Source: Rebecca billardiae RCC1528 (lineage: Eukaryota; Protista; Haptophyta). From it: a DNA stretch of 64,000 nucleotides. Positions 1 through 12,016 of this stretch are shown here, piece by piece. A program made the position numbers and the translations under genes. The stretch lies in the NCBI GenBank assembly GCA_965240325.2, contig OZ251245.1, forward strand, positions 682,001 through 746,000. Direction: 5' to 3'. The notes beneath the pieces were generated by a model. The model was given only the letters and a program-made list of their open reading frames with translations. It was not told the DNA's origin and did not search any database. The first letter of the stretch is position 1, and every line of letters begins with the position of its first letter.

Positions 1-456
1 CAGCACGCCCTTGACGGCATCCATCCTATGCACGGCCCGCGGGGCACCGAGTCGCGCTGCTCGGTCCCTGAGCCCACACTTGCCCAGTGCACGATGGTTA
101 CGTACCCGAGCTCGGCGCCCAACGCATCGGATGCGGATGCGCTCGCACAGTCCTTTGTGGCCTCACTTCGGCAGGTGCTCAGCACGTACACATGTGAGCA
201 GCAAGGTGGCCTGTGGAGCTGCGATGACTGCATCGATGCGTACGCGCGCTGGGCATGCGGCTATGCCTTCCCGCCGTGCGACCCGGCCGAGCGCTGTCAT
301 CGAGCCTGCCATGACGTGATGCGCAAGTGCCCACAAGGGATCAACTTTGCGTGCCCGACCCAGTTCATACCGCCACGGTCCCGGTGGGCACGGCCGCGCA
401 CGGCCGACGCCGACACCGACACCGACGTGTGCTCGCATCTCATGCGCGCCCGATGA
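1..456 (+). CDS. 3' part of a Mid1/NALF(FAM155)-like Cys-rich (frizzled-like) protein; 5'-truncated by the window edge
   Basis: Frame is open from base 1. The Cys pattern WSCDDCIDAYARWACGYAFPPC...CHRACHDVMRKCP.GINFACP matches the Mid1 C-terminal pattern as recalled (CxxCxxAYxxWxCxxxxPxC...CxxxCxxVxRxCP...FxCP). Confidence 0.6.
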   Translation, partial: QHALDGIHPMHGPRGTESRCSVPEPTLAQCTMVTYPSSAPNASDADALAQSFVASLRQVLSTYTCEQQGGLWSCDDCIDAYARWACGYAFPPCDPAERCHRACHDVMRKCPQGINFACPTQFIPPRSRWARPRTADADTDTDVCSHLMRAR

Positions 457-485
457 GCAGCATGGCTCCGTGGCGCGCGGAGCGA

Positions 486-1204
486 CTAACCGCCACGGAG
501 CAGGCACCGCCGGGTCGGGGTTCCGCACCTGAACTGCTCCGCAGGGAACGGCCGGCGGGCCCGGGCGCGGGATGTGATCGCGAGCAGCTGCCGGCCTCCT
601 TGCGCTTCGTGGGCAAGCGCGCGCGATGTCTTTCCGCGGGAGTGCGCAGGGTGCAGCTGCGCAGCAAACGCATCGTGCTCGAGCAGCGCGCGAGGAGGCG
701 GCACGGGTGCTTCGAGTCGCTGTGACTCTGCCACTGCCAGGGCGTGTACTCTCTACACCTCACCTGCCGAGCTGGCTACCCTGTCGGCTGTCTTCGCTTC
801 GGCCAGCGATCGACGCGCGCGCACACGCGGTGTTGACGGCTCGATCCGCCCGTCTCGGTGCCGTTCGGCGCGTGCTGGAGGACGGGCAGGGCGAGCAGCT
901 GCGCTGGCAGGAGAGCGGCTGTCGCTTCTGCTAGGGCGGCGCTACCTACGGGTGTCCAGCGCCGTGTATGTCCACTGGTACTCACGTCCCAGTCGCCGCA
1001 CATGCAGGCGGCCCTGATGTCGATCTCGACGGATGATGACCGGGATGAGGCTGCGCTGACTGTGAGTCCCTCCGCCGGGGAGTCCGACTCGTCAGCATCA
1101 GGCTCAGCCTCGTCCGCGCAAGTCGGCACTCGCGGCACGTCCGGCAGACGGGCAGTCCGCCGGTCCGAGACGGTCAGTGAGCTTGGCCCGGAGTCCGCCA
1201 TCAT
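486..1204 (-). CDS. Possible small intron-containing hypothetical gene
   Basis: ATG-started ORF at 1204, a consensus GTGAGT donor at ~985 and a GTGAGG donor at ~763. No recognisable domain, and the model is uncertain. Confidence 0.2.
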
Positions 1205-1272
1205 CGAGCGTCAGCGCGGCAGCGCCGCCTCATTAAATGATTATAATTTGTAATAATTAAATGAGTCGTCGC

Positions 1273-1282
<10 letters not shown>

Positions 1283-1311
<29 letters not shown>
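1283..1311. repeat. (TA)n microsatellite in an AT-rich intergenic island
   Basis: Direct reading. Similar TA tracts occur at ~1837-1903, 37744-37763, 53113-53138, 54674-54693, 56878-56889 and 61517-61532. Confidence 0.9.
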
Positions 1312-1315
<4 letters not shown>

Positions 1316-2098
1316 GTGGCGGGGTTATATTGGCGGTACGCAATTATAAACTGATTGTCTAAGACTAAGTGAGGACGACAAGAACGCCCCCGGGCGGCCC
1401 GAGGCGACGAGCGCCGCTCATCAGCCACATCGCCCTATATTTAATATATAATTATAACAGACGACTGACATATATCGGCCTCAGGCTCCGAAACCGCTCA
1501 AAGGGCGCTGATGCTCCCAGGACAAACTACAGTCGCGGTGCAGGCTATGCTCTGCCACCAACGCCGACTTCGTGTCGACGATCGGGCACTGCCGCCGACG
1601 AATCAGGAGACCCGCGTCGTCCTACCTGTGTCGTTAAATCATAGAATGAGTCTGTCCGGGTTTTTCTGCCGCCCAGGAGATCGGTTTCCGCCGCGCCGGC
1701 CTCGCCCTCTGCCGCCTGCTTGGCGCCCGAGCGGCGCGGCGTGCGAGGTGGCTCCAGCCAAGCTCGTCCTGCGTCGCCGGCGGCGGCGGCTCGCACGCGG
1801 GTGGCGCGTCGCGTGCACCGACCAACATCGCGCCCGTATATATATGATATGATATATATATGACTTCGTCGTCGCGCCTGCAATTATATATATATATATA
1901 TATAATTTATTTATTTAATAATAAGATCGACTGTAGTTTATTTATAGCTACACGCACCCACTACTGCTACGGTCCGCGCGACTCAGGAGAACGGACTCGG
2001 TCTCCGCCGGCCCGCGCCGGCCCCGGGGGCTCGGCCTCGGACGACGCGACGCGACGACTCCAGGCCCTCAGACCCTCCACGATCGAGGCGTCATCCCA

Positions 2099-5057
2099 TC
2101 ACTGCACGACCAGCCGCCTCTGCGACAGCTTGTGCATCGTCTGCTCGCGGAAGTCGTTGGACTCTTGCGCGTCTGCGAGCGAGCGCAGCGAGTCGACGAT
2201 GAAGCGCGCACGCGTCGACGTCTCGAGCAGCTGCGCGTGCAACTCTGCGGGCAGCGGCTGCTCGGGCGGTCGGCCGGAGGCGACGCGGAGCTCGGCGAGG
2301 GTCTGCATCACGTCCTGCCGCGTGCGCTCCATCACGAGCTGCTGCGACACCACCTGCGCGCCCAGCTGCTGCGACTGCTGCTCGTACTCGCCGATGCGCG
2401 CGCCCGCGGTCGAAAGCGCCTGCGTGGGGCGCGCGCGCGCGGGCGGTCGGCGGTGGCGGTCGGTGCGGGCCGCGCGCGCAGAGGCGCCGCGCGGCGCGCG
2501 CGCGGCGAGCGGCGCGCGCGCACCTCGGACACGTCGTGCTGCGTCTGCGCCATGGCGTGCAGCTCCTCCTCCAGCTCGTTCTGGTCGAGCCTCGCGCTCC
2601 TGAACTTGCTCGTCGCCGCGTGCTGCTGCTCCTCCAGCAGAAGCTTCTGCTCGTACAGCGGCGCCGACTGTTCGACCAGCGAGAACGATTGCTTGTACGC
2701 GGCGTTCTTTGAGTAGAGATGGTTGAGCGTCTTGCCGAGCGCGACGATCTCGCGCTCGATCTTCTGGATGTTCTGGTCGAGCTCGTCGCCCTCGCGCTGC
2801 AGCTCCTCGCGCTCCTGCCGCCGAGGGAGGGGGCGGGCAGGCCGGTGAGGGCGCGCGAGCGGTCGGTCAGCGGTTGCGCAGTGTCGCGCGCGCTCAGCGG
2901 CCCGCGAGCGGCGAGCGCGCGCGCGCGCGCGGCGGTGTGCGCGGCCGCGTCGAGCTGGGTGCGCGGTCGCGCGCGCGCGGGGGGGGGGGGGGCGCCGAGT
3001 GCGCCGCGCACCTGCGCCGCGCGGATGATGTAGTACGCCTGCGTGTTGGTCTCGCCCGCGTCTCCCGAGCCATCCTCTGGCGGCAGCACTTTCCCGGAAA
3101 CGACCGCGAACTTTTGCCGAAGCTTCTCGATGCGCATCTCGCGCTCGGCGAGCATCTTGGCGATGCGGTGGCGCTCGTCCTCGGCGGCCTTCTGCTGCGC
3201 CTTGAGCACGTCCGCGTGCACCGCGATCTCCTTCTGCCGCTCGTCCATCGACAGCGTGAGCTGCGCCTTGCGGTTCTCGAGGCCGAACGCCTCGTCCACC
3301 GCGGCGGAGAGCGTCTCACGCAGCTTGCGCACCTCGAGTTTGAGCACGTCGTGCGCGACCATGCGCTCCTCCTTCTGCGCGGCGAGGGTCTTGAGGTGCT
3401 GCGAGGAGGTGTGGTTGCGCAGCGAGAGCTCCGCCAGCTCGCCCTCGAGCCCGCCCACCTCCTTCCCCAGCGCCTCGTGCCGGCGCGTCGCGCCCCACAC
3501 GTCGTTGCGAAGCCGCTTGAGCTGAGAGGTGAGCATTGTGTGCTGCGCGGTCGCGGCCTCGACCTCCTCGGTGAGCGCCTTGATCTTCTTGGTGAGGTCG
3601 CGCTTCTCCGCCTCGGTGCGCTCGCCCTGCATCCGCGACAGCCGGCGCTCGAGCAGCTGCAGCTTGAAGTCCGCGTTGTACACCAGCTCCCGCTGCCGCT
3701 GCGACTGCTCGTCCAGCTTGCGGATGCGCGACGACGCGTTGCGCGAGGTGCGCTGCGCGCCGTTGATCTCGGCGACCATGTTGGCCTCCTCCTGGCGCTG
3801 GGCGAAGAGCTTCTCGGACTCGCGGTACAGCCGCTCCTTCAGGTCCTGCAGCTCCTTCTCCGCCTGGTTCGCGCGCGCGTCCGCGTCGCGCGCCATCGCC
3901 TCCACCTCCTTGGCCGCCTGCTCTAGCGAGAGCGCGCGGCCGCGATGCGATTCCAGTTCCTTCTCCGAGCGGATGAGCGCCTTCTTCTTGCGCTCGAGCG
4001 TGCGCTTCTTCTCGTCGAGGGTGTTCGCGAGGCTCGTCGTCCCGTCGCGCTTCGTCTGCAGCTCGCTCGCCGCCTTCGCCAGCGTCGACTTCATCACCTC
4101 GATCTGGTCGGTGATCTCGTCAAAGCCGGCGGTCGAGAGCGCCTGCTGCTGCCGCACCTTACCGAGCTCGCGCTCGTCGGAGGCGATCTGCGCGTCGAGG
4201 CCCTCGTTGTCGGCGAGCTGCGCCTGCAGCGCGCCCTCGCGCTCCGCGTGCGTCGCCTGCTTCGCCGCCAGCGCCTCCTTCAGCCCGCGGTACTTCTCGC
4301 CCGCCGCCTCGATGTCCCGGTCGCGCCGCTGCATCGCCTGCACCGCATCCTCCCACTGCCGCACGAGCTGCTGCCGCTCGGCGTGCAGCCGGCGGAAGTC
4401 CTCGGCGGTCTTGTCGAGCACGATCTGCTGCGCCTGCGTGTCCGTCACCTCCGCCTCCAGCTCCGCGCGCTTCCCCTGCACCTCCGCCATCATCTTCTCG
4501 ATCTGCAGGTTGAGCTGCTTGATCTTGCCCTCGTCCGCCTTGGTGTACTTGAGCAGCGCGAGCGAGTCCTCCTCCTTCTGCCGCGCGGCGACGGCCCACT
4601 GCTCGAGCTCCTCCTGGTTCCAGTTCATCTTGAGCTTGAACGCGTCCATCTTCTCGTTCCCCTTGAACATCGCGTTCTGCGCCAGGTTGAGCTTGTCCTG
4701 CAGCTCGGCGACCTCGGCGGCGTGCTTCTTGAGCTCGGCGGCGAACCGCGCGCGCTCGCGCTCGGCGAGCTGCTTGAGGTGGTCCTCCGTCTCGATCTCG
4801 TGCACGCGCGCGTCGACGAGCTGCTGCGTCACCACCTGCTCGTTCTCCACGTTGGACAGGTGCTCGCGCATCGTCTTGATCCGCTCGACCGTGTCCTCTT
4901 GCTCGGCGCCGAGCGCGACCACCTCCTTCTCCATGTTGCGAAGGACGGAGTGCAGTTCCTTGTTCCGCTCGTTCGCAAAGTCGGGGAGGTCATTGAACTC
5001 GTACGTGTCCTCCTCGCCGCCCTCCTCCTCGCCCAGCGGGTCCTCCATCGCCGCCAT
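2099..5057 (-). CDS. CCDC39: CCDC39/FAP59 axonemal ruler coiled-coil protein; exons 5057-3012, 2814-2524, 2419-2099
   Basis: Long coiled coil with LKMNWNQEELEQWAVAARQKEEDSLALLKYTKADEGKIKQL and QAYYIIRAAQ|EREELQREGDELD. GT-AG introns 3011-2815 and 2523-2420 keep the frame. Confidence 0.92.
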
Positions 5058-5302
5058 CTCGCGCGACAGCCCCGCGCGCGGCGCTCACCACCGCCCCGCG
5101 CTAGGCAAGGGTGCACACTCAAACTGCCGCCACGCCACGATGGCGGGTGCCCCGGCCGCGAAACTGACATCAAGCTGGGTCTTGAGCGTGCGTCCGGACC
5201 GAACGGGTTGACGCCCCACGCCCGCGTCACCCGAGCAAGCAAGGGCGGCGAGAAACGATCTGCTCGCCGCAGCCTCACGCCCCGCCGGGCGCGAGCAAGC
5301 CG
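5058..5302. promoter_or_regulatory. Putative bidirectional promoter between CCDC39 and CFAP69
   Basis: Divergent ATGs separated by only 245 bp. Confidence 0.55.
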
Positions 5303-8300
5303 ATGGTGGCCGCTGCGCGCGGGCCGCCGCCCGGCCCCCCGCCGGGGCGGCCCCTGCCCCCGCCGGAGACGCACATCGAGCCCTCCGGCGCCGTGGGCAA
5401 GCGCCCGCCCTCCGAATACTACGACAAGATGATTCTCGCGCTCAGCTCGCGTCGGATGCGCGACGCGCACGTGAGGCACATCGCGGCGGTCGAGCGCGTG
5501 CTCGCGCTCAACCGCGACGGGTTCCTGCTGCGCGACCTGGCGCACATCGCCGCGCTGCTCCGCGCCGTCGCCGCGCGCGCCGAGGAGGACCCGCCCCACT
5601 ACGAGGACGCCGCGATCGGGTTAGCGCGCGCGGCCGGCCGGCCGTTCGTGCGCGCGCACGCGGCCGACGACATCCGGCACCAGCGCGATGCGGTCGAGCT
5701 GGTGCACGCGCTCATCGAGCTGTGCGAGTCGTCGCTCCCCGGCCTCGCGCTCGCCGCCGCCGCCTCGCTCAACGACCTCGCGCAGCCGCCGCCGTCGGCG
5801 CCGCCCGTCGGCGGCGGCGGCGGCGGCCGGCCCGGCGGCGGCGGCCACCTTGGCGGAACGTCTTACGAGCAACGACGGAACCGGGGGTACCTCTTCGCCG
5901 CGGACGCGCTGGTGCGCATGGCCGAGATCGCCGCGCGCGCGGGCTACGCGCACGCGCAGCCCCTCGGCCAGCTCGGCGCGCGCGAGGGCGACGACGCGGC
6001 GGCAGCAGCGGCAGCGGCAGCGGCGGCAGCGGCAGCGGGAGCGCCACCCTCTACCGCTGGCTCGCTCGCTGAGCGCGAGGCGTCGGCGTCGGCTGCGGCG
6101 GCTGCTGAGGCGTCGGCGGCGGAGGCGAGTGCCGCCGGCTCGGGCGCGGCGCAGGGCGGCGGCGAGCGCGTGCTCGCCGCGCGCAACCTGGCGTGGCTCG
6201 CGCCTGCCAGCGACGCTGCCGCGGCGGCCGCGGCGCCGGGCGAAGCGATTTTCGCCCAGCTGGTGGCGCTGCCGAGCGGGCGCGTGGCGCAGACGGCGGC
6301 GTGCGCGCCCGGCGAGCCGCCGGCGTGGGCGGCGGGTCTGGACCTGGAGCTCGCGCCGGACGACGAGGGCGTGCGCTGCGAGGTACGCGCGCGGCACATC
6401 ACGGCCGAGTGGAGCTCCGCTGGCCGGTTGCTCGGTGCGGCGGTGCTCAGTCTGGTCGAGACGGCGGGGGCGGGCGAGCTGAAGCTGAGCGCCGCCGGCG
6501 GGCGCGGCGGCGCGGAGGAGGGCGGCGAGGGCGCGGCCGCCGCGGAGATGGCGGGGAGCACGCCCGCCGCGGCGCAGTCGTACGTCGCAATCGAGTGGGC
6601 TGTCGGTGAGCGCTCGGAGCTGGCTGGTGCGGCGGACTGGGCGGAGGCGGCGGGTGCGGCGGAGGCGGGCGCGGCGGGTGCGGCGGGCGCGCGGCAGCCG
6701 CGCCGCGACTCGCCGGCCCTCGCGGCGGCGGACGCGGCGGATGCCGTCGCCGGCCCGCTCCTCATCGCGCTCGTCCGATTCTTCGTCACGTGCGCGCGCG
6801 AGCCCTCGGGCGCGCGCGCCTTGCTCTCGCCGCGTGCCGCGCCCGGGCTGCGGCGGCTGCTGCGGCTGCTGCGCGCGCCCGTCGGCGCGCGCTCGGCCGC
6901 GGCGCGCGGCGCGGCCGCGGCCGCGCCCGCCTGGGTCGTCGAGCTGCTCTGGTCGCTGTGCGAGGTGGGGCAGGACGCGGCGTTGGGCGCGCTCTTCTTC
7001 CCGAGCCCGAGCCCGAGCCCCAGCCCTAACCCTAACCCTAACCCTAACCCTAACCCTAACCTGCCGCCCGCTCCGGACGGCGCGGACGACGCCGCCGCCG
7101 CGATGGGCGGCGCCATCGACGTGGACGGCTCTCGCGCCGCGCTCGCCGAGCTGTCGGGCGCGCTCGTGCGCGTGTGCGCGCGCGGCGGCTCCGAGGCTCA
7201 GCGGGAGCTGCGCAACGAGCTGCTCGCGCTGGCGAGCGCGCTGCTGGCGCACACGGCCGCGCGCGCGCGCGCCGCGCCGGCCGGCGCGGTCGGCGCGGGC
7301 GCCGACGCGGACGCGGACGCCGCGTGCGCGCCCGCGCGCTTGCTGCTGGAGAGCGGGGCTGTGCACGCGGCGGTTGGGCTGCTGGGCGCGCGCGCCGGCG
7401 GCAGCCTGGGCGCGGAGGAGGAGGGCGCGCTCGGCGCGCTAGCCGCGGCGGGGGTCCCAGACGCCGCCGCCCTGGGCGCGCGCCCCTTCAACGCCGCGCC
7501 GTGCGCCGCTAATCTCGAGTCCACCCTCGCCGCTCTGCTCATCTGCCAGGGCGCGGCCGACCTTGGCGCGAGCGCGGCTGACGCGCGCGTCGCGGCGCTG
7601 GCGAGCGCGCTGCTCGGCGGCGGCGACGCGGACGCGGGCGCGGGGCCGGAGGAGGCCGAGGCGGGCGGCGAGGGCGAGGGTGGCGCGCACCAGCCGCCGC
7701 AGCCGCAGGACGCGCGCGCGGTCGGAGGCGGCGGCGGCGGCGGCGGCGGCGCAGACGGTGCTGCTCCGATGGTGGCGAATGAGGGCGGCGGCGGGGCAGA
7801 GGGCGGCCATGGCGCGCGCAGCGCGGCGGCGGCGCGCGCCGCGGCCTCGGCCGCGCCCCCCCTCTTGAACGTCCTCCTTGCCCTCGCCGCGCCGCCGCCA
7901 GACGGCCTCGGCAGCCTGCACTGGGGCACGCCCGCGCCGCCGTCGCGCGCCGCGCCGCCGCCCGGCATTGCGCACTTTGCGAGCGGGCGGTCGTGGGGTC
8001 CGGCGGCGTCGGAGGGCAGCGGTGTCGGGCTGGGCGGCGCGGCGGGGGCGGTGTCGCTCTCGCCCTTCGAGCGCTTCGGCCCGGAGCACGGCCGTGAGGT
8101 GCAGGTGTGTGGTGCGCTCGCCGCTGTGCGCGTTGGCGCAGGCACGAACGCGCACCGCGCCGCGGGCCCCAAGCGCCGAGCAGGGCGCGCCGCCGAGCGC
8201 GCGGCGCGCGCACGCAGCCCACCGGCTGCGCTCGACGCCTCGCAACCCGGGGCTCGGCGCGCGGCGCGCGCGGGGCCGGCCGCGCTCCTCACACACACAC

Positions 8301-9064
8301 ACACCCGCGCGCGCCTCCGCCCTCGCGCGCGCGCGCAGGCCGCCGCGCTGCGCGCCCTTCGAGCGCTCCTCCCGCTGACGCCGATCACGTTTGCACGCGC
8401 GTCGGGGGCCGCCACGCTCGCGCGCGCGCTCTGTGACTCGCTCGGCATCCCGGAGGCGGAGGCGCTGCCGCCGGCGGCGCTGGGCGCGAGCGGGCTGGGC
8501 CCTCTGCACGCGCCCTCGCGCGGCGCGGCGGGCGGCTCGCCGCCGCCGCTGCCTCCGCCCCTCACCTTCTCGCAGCGGCCGTCGGCGCTGTCGCTCACGT
8601 CGGCCGAAAGCGCTTCGCGCCCCGACCCGTTCGCGGCCGCCGCGCGCCGCGCCGCCGGCGGCGGCGCGGACGCGGCGGAGGGCGTGGGCGGGCTGATCAC
8701 GGCCGTGGACGATGGCCGTCGATCCGTTCGGGACTCGGCGTTCCGAGCGCTCGCCGCCGCCGCCGCGCTCGTCAGCCCGCCGCCCAGCTCCGTCGAGGCC
8801 GCCTCCGCCGCGCGGCTGCGCGCGCCAAGCCTCGAGCAGCAGCTGTCCGCGGCGGCGCGCGAGCGCGCGCTCGCGTCCGCGCGCGCCGCCATCGCCTCCG
8901 ACCTCGCCGACGCGTCCGCGGTGCGACTGGCGCTGTCGATGGCTGCGGTGCTCGGCGGCGGCGCGCGCGGCGCGGGCGGCGCGGGCGGCGCGGCGCTCGC
9001 GGGCGCGATGCGCGATTCTTCCATCTCGCTGCTCGACGTGAGCGCGCTCGTCGCAGCGCTGTGC

Positions 9065-9106
<42 letters not shown>

Positions 9107-9370
9107 GGCAGCGGCGGGCGCCGCGGCGGATCGGCCTTGGCCGCGACCGAGGCCGAGGCGGAGGCGGCGGCCGAGGCGGCGCGCGCGTGCGCGCGCCACC
9201 ACGCCGACTTCATCGAGGGCGGCGGCCTGGGCTGGCTCGCGCGCGCGCTCCCTGCCACCGCCGCCGGCGCGGCCGAGGCGGCGCTGGGCCCTCTGCTGGC
9301 GGCGCTGGAGCTGTGCTGGGCGGTCTTACTTCCCGGCGGCGCGGGCGCGGGCGCGGGCGCACTTCCCGGC

Positions 9371-9413
<43 letters not shown>

Positions 9414-11823
9414 TGGGGGCTGTCAGCGCCGAGGAGGGCGCGCCGCGCAGCGCCGCGGCGGCCGACGCGTCCGACTCGCGCGCGGCCGCGCGGCGCGCGC
9501 TCCTGCTCGAGCACGACCTCGCCCAGCGCCTCGTGTGCGCGCTCGACGGAGCGCCCGCCGCCGCGCTCGACCCGTTGCTAGGCCTTGCCGCCGAGCTCGC
9601 GTCGGCCGACCGCGCGTGCGCCGAGCGCCTCGCGGCGGCGGAATCGCGCGGCCGCGGCCTGCTGCAGCTGCTCGCGCGGCTCTGGACCGAGGCGGAGGCG
9701 CGCGCGGGCGTGCTTCGCCAACGGGGCTCGGCACACGTCGGCGATGCCCGAAGACCGCTCGCCGGCGACCTGACGATGATCAGCGCTGCCGCCGCCGCGG
9801 GCGGCGGCGGCGGCGCGGGCGGCGGCGAGGAGGCCCCCAGGGGAGATCGTGCCACGCGGCTGGCCGCGGCGCCGCCCGCAGCCGCCGCGGCCGAGGACGC
9901 GCCGCCGGCCGACGCGGCCGCGGCGGCCGCGCGCGGCCGCGACGCGCGGCACGTGCCTGACCCACCGAGCGACTCCGACTCCGACGCAGCCGAGGCGGCG
10001 GAGGCGGAGGCGGAGGCGGAGGCGGAGGGTGGCGGGGGCGCGCGCGGCGGCGGCGGCGGTGGCGGCGCGGCGCGCGTGTCGCGTGTCGCCACGCTCGTCC
10101 GCTCGGTCGAGGGCGCGCCGGCCGCCGCGCTCAGCGAGCCCGCGGCCATCCAGGCGCTGCTGCGCTCGACCACTGCACACGCTGTCGCCATCGGCGGCCG
10201 CGCAATCGCGCCGCGCGCGGGCGAGCGCGTTTCCGAGCCGCTGGCCGCGGCGAGCTCGCGGCGGGATTTGCGAATGCGCATCTACTCGCTAGCGCACGCG
10301 CTGCGCGCGGCGACCGGCCAGGCGGACACGCCGCTCGCCGAGCTGCTGGGCGCGCGCGCCAAGCCGCGCGCAGCCGCCGCGTCCGCGGAGGAGCTGAGCA
10401 CGCTGGCGGCCATGGATTCTTTCGAGACTTTCGCCGAGGCGCACGCATGGGCGGAGGTCGAGCCCAGACTGGTGCGCGCGCGGCGCGCGCGCGCGCGCGC
10501 GGCGGCTGCGCGCGGCGCCGGGGTGGCGCCCGGCGCGGCGGCTGCGCGCGGCCGGGGTGGCGCGGGGCGCGGGGCCCGGCGGGCGCCCGAGGACGACACA
10601 AGCGCCAATGCAACACCTGACAGCGACTGAGCGTGCTTCGACGCGCGCGCTGACGGCATTGAAACGTGTCAGCTGAGGGCGCGGCGCCGGGCGCGCGGCG
10701 GCGGCGCGGGCGGACTGCGGCGAGCGATCGCGCAGCGGCGGTGGCGCGGCGCGGGCGCGCGGGCCGGCGATGTGGTGTGGTTGGGGCGCCGGGGGGACTG
10801 GGCGAGGGCGAGGGGGGCGTTGCGGGGCGCGGTGTTGCGCGGGGCGCGTGCGCCGCGCGTGCACGCCCTGCGCCCGCGCGGCACTGACCCACCCCGCTTC
10901 GCCTCCACGCCCGCGCGCGCGCCCGCGCGCGCGCCCGCCCGCGCGCCCGCCCGCCCGCCCGCGCGCGCGCGCGCCCGCCCGCGCGCGCGCGCGCGGCGCC
11001 GCGCGCAGGCGGCGGAAGGGCTGCGCCCGACCTCGCGGGACGCGGCGCGCGTGTCCGAGGCGCTCTCAGCGGCCGAGCGCGAGGCGAGTGCGGTGCGCGC
11101 GCAGCAGGAGGCCGCGCTGGACAAGAGCGCGGCCGCGGCGCACGCAGAGGCAGCGCGCACGCTCCACTATGTGACCGAGCCGGCCGCGGGCACGCACACT
11201 CAGGTGTGCGCAGCGGCGCACTGCGCGCGCGGCGAAGCGCCGCGCTCTGCGGCGGGCAGGCGGGCGGCGGGAGGGCACGCGCGCGCGAGCGCGCCGCGCC
11301 ACACGCCCTCACCCGCCCCGCCCCTCGCGCCCCGCCCTCGCATGCGCGCACGCGGCGCGCGCAGCCGCCGCGCGCGCGCACATTCACACAAATGCTGGCG
11401 ACGCGCGAGCGCATCGACAAGTCGATCGCCAACTCGTTCGTGGGGTACGGCGGCTCGCTGAGCGGGCTGAACCACACGATCGGGCTGACGGGCTTCCCGT
11501 TCGCCGCGACCGCGCGGCCGGCCAAGGACGAGGCCACCCGGCAGCGCGAGGAGGCGGAGGCGGAGCGAAAGCGCTTGGAGGCTGTGGGCACCGGCGGCGG
11601 CGCGGCGGAAGAAGTGTCAGACTCGGAGGACGAGGGCGAGCGGCGCGCGGCGAAGCCGGCGAGCAGCGTGGCGGGCTCGGCGCAGCTCGGAGCGGAGGGC
11701 GGATTCGTCGTCACCGCCGAGCAGCCCGCGTTCGAGGTGACGGTCGACATCGAGCGCTCGCTCAAGGCCGTCTCGCGCCCGATCAGCCGTGAGCAGGCAG
11801 CGCGCCCGCTGACCCCTGAGTAG
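5303..11823 (+). CDS. CFAP69: CFAP69-like ARM-repeat flagellar protein with Ala/Gly-rich insertions; exons ~5303-8104, 8339-10471, 11009-11203, 11365-11823
   Basis: N-terminal DGFLLRDLAHIAALL...GRPFVRAHAADDIRH and C-terminal WAEVEPRL|AAEGLRPTSRD resemble recalled CFAP69 motifs. GT-AG introns 8105-8338, 10472-11008 and 11204-11364 keep the frame. Confidence 0.8.
7024..7059 (+). repeat. Interstitial telomeric repeat (CCCTAA)6 inside the CFAP69 exon, read as PNPNPN
   Basis: Six exact CCCTAA units, preceded by (CCCGAG)n. Confidence 0.9.
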
Positions 11824-12016
11824 CCGCGCGGGTATTCATCTGTAGTAGCAGAAGAGAGAATAGGCGGGTAAGGCCGTTCAAGCCTCACGTTTGTAGATAG
11901 ATAATCAACGGAGCCAGCCGTTACTGCCAGCCGTAGGCGGGACGCTCCGGCTGCTGGCTTGAACGAGCCGCCACCTGCGCGGCCTCCAACCGCTGCCGCC
12001 GCCGGCAGGATAAACG

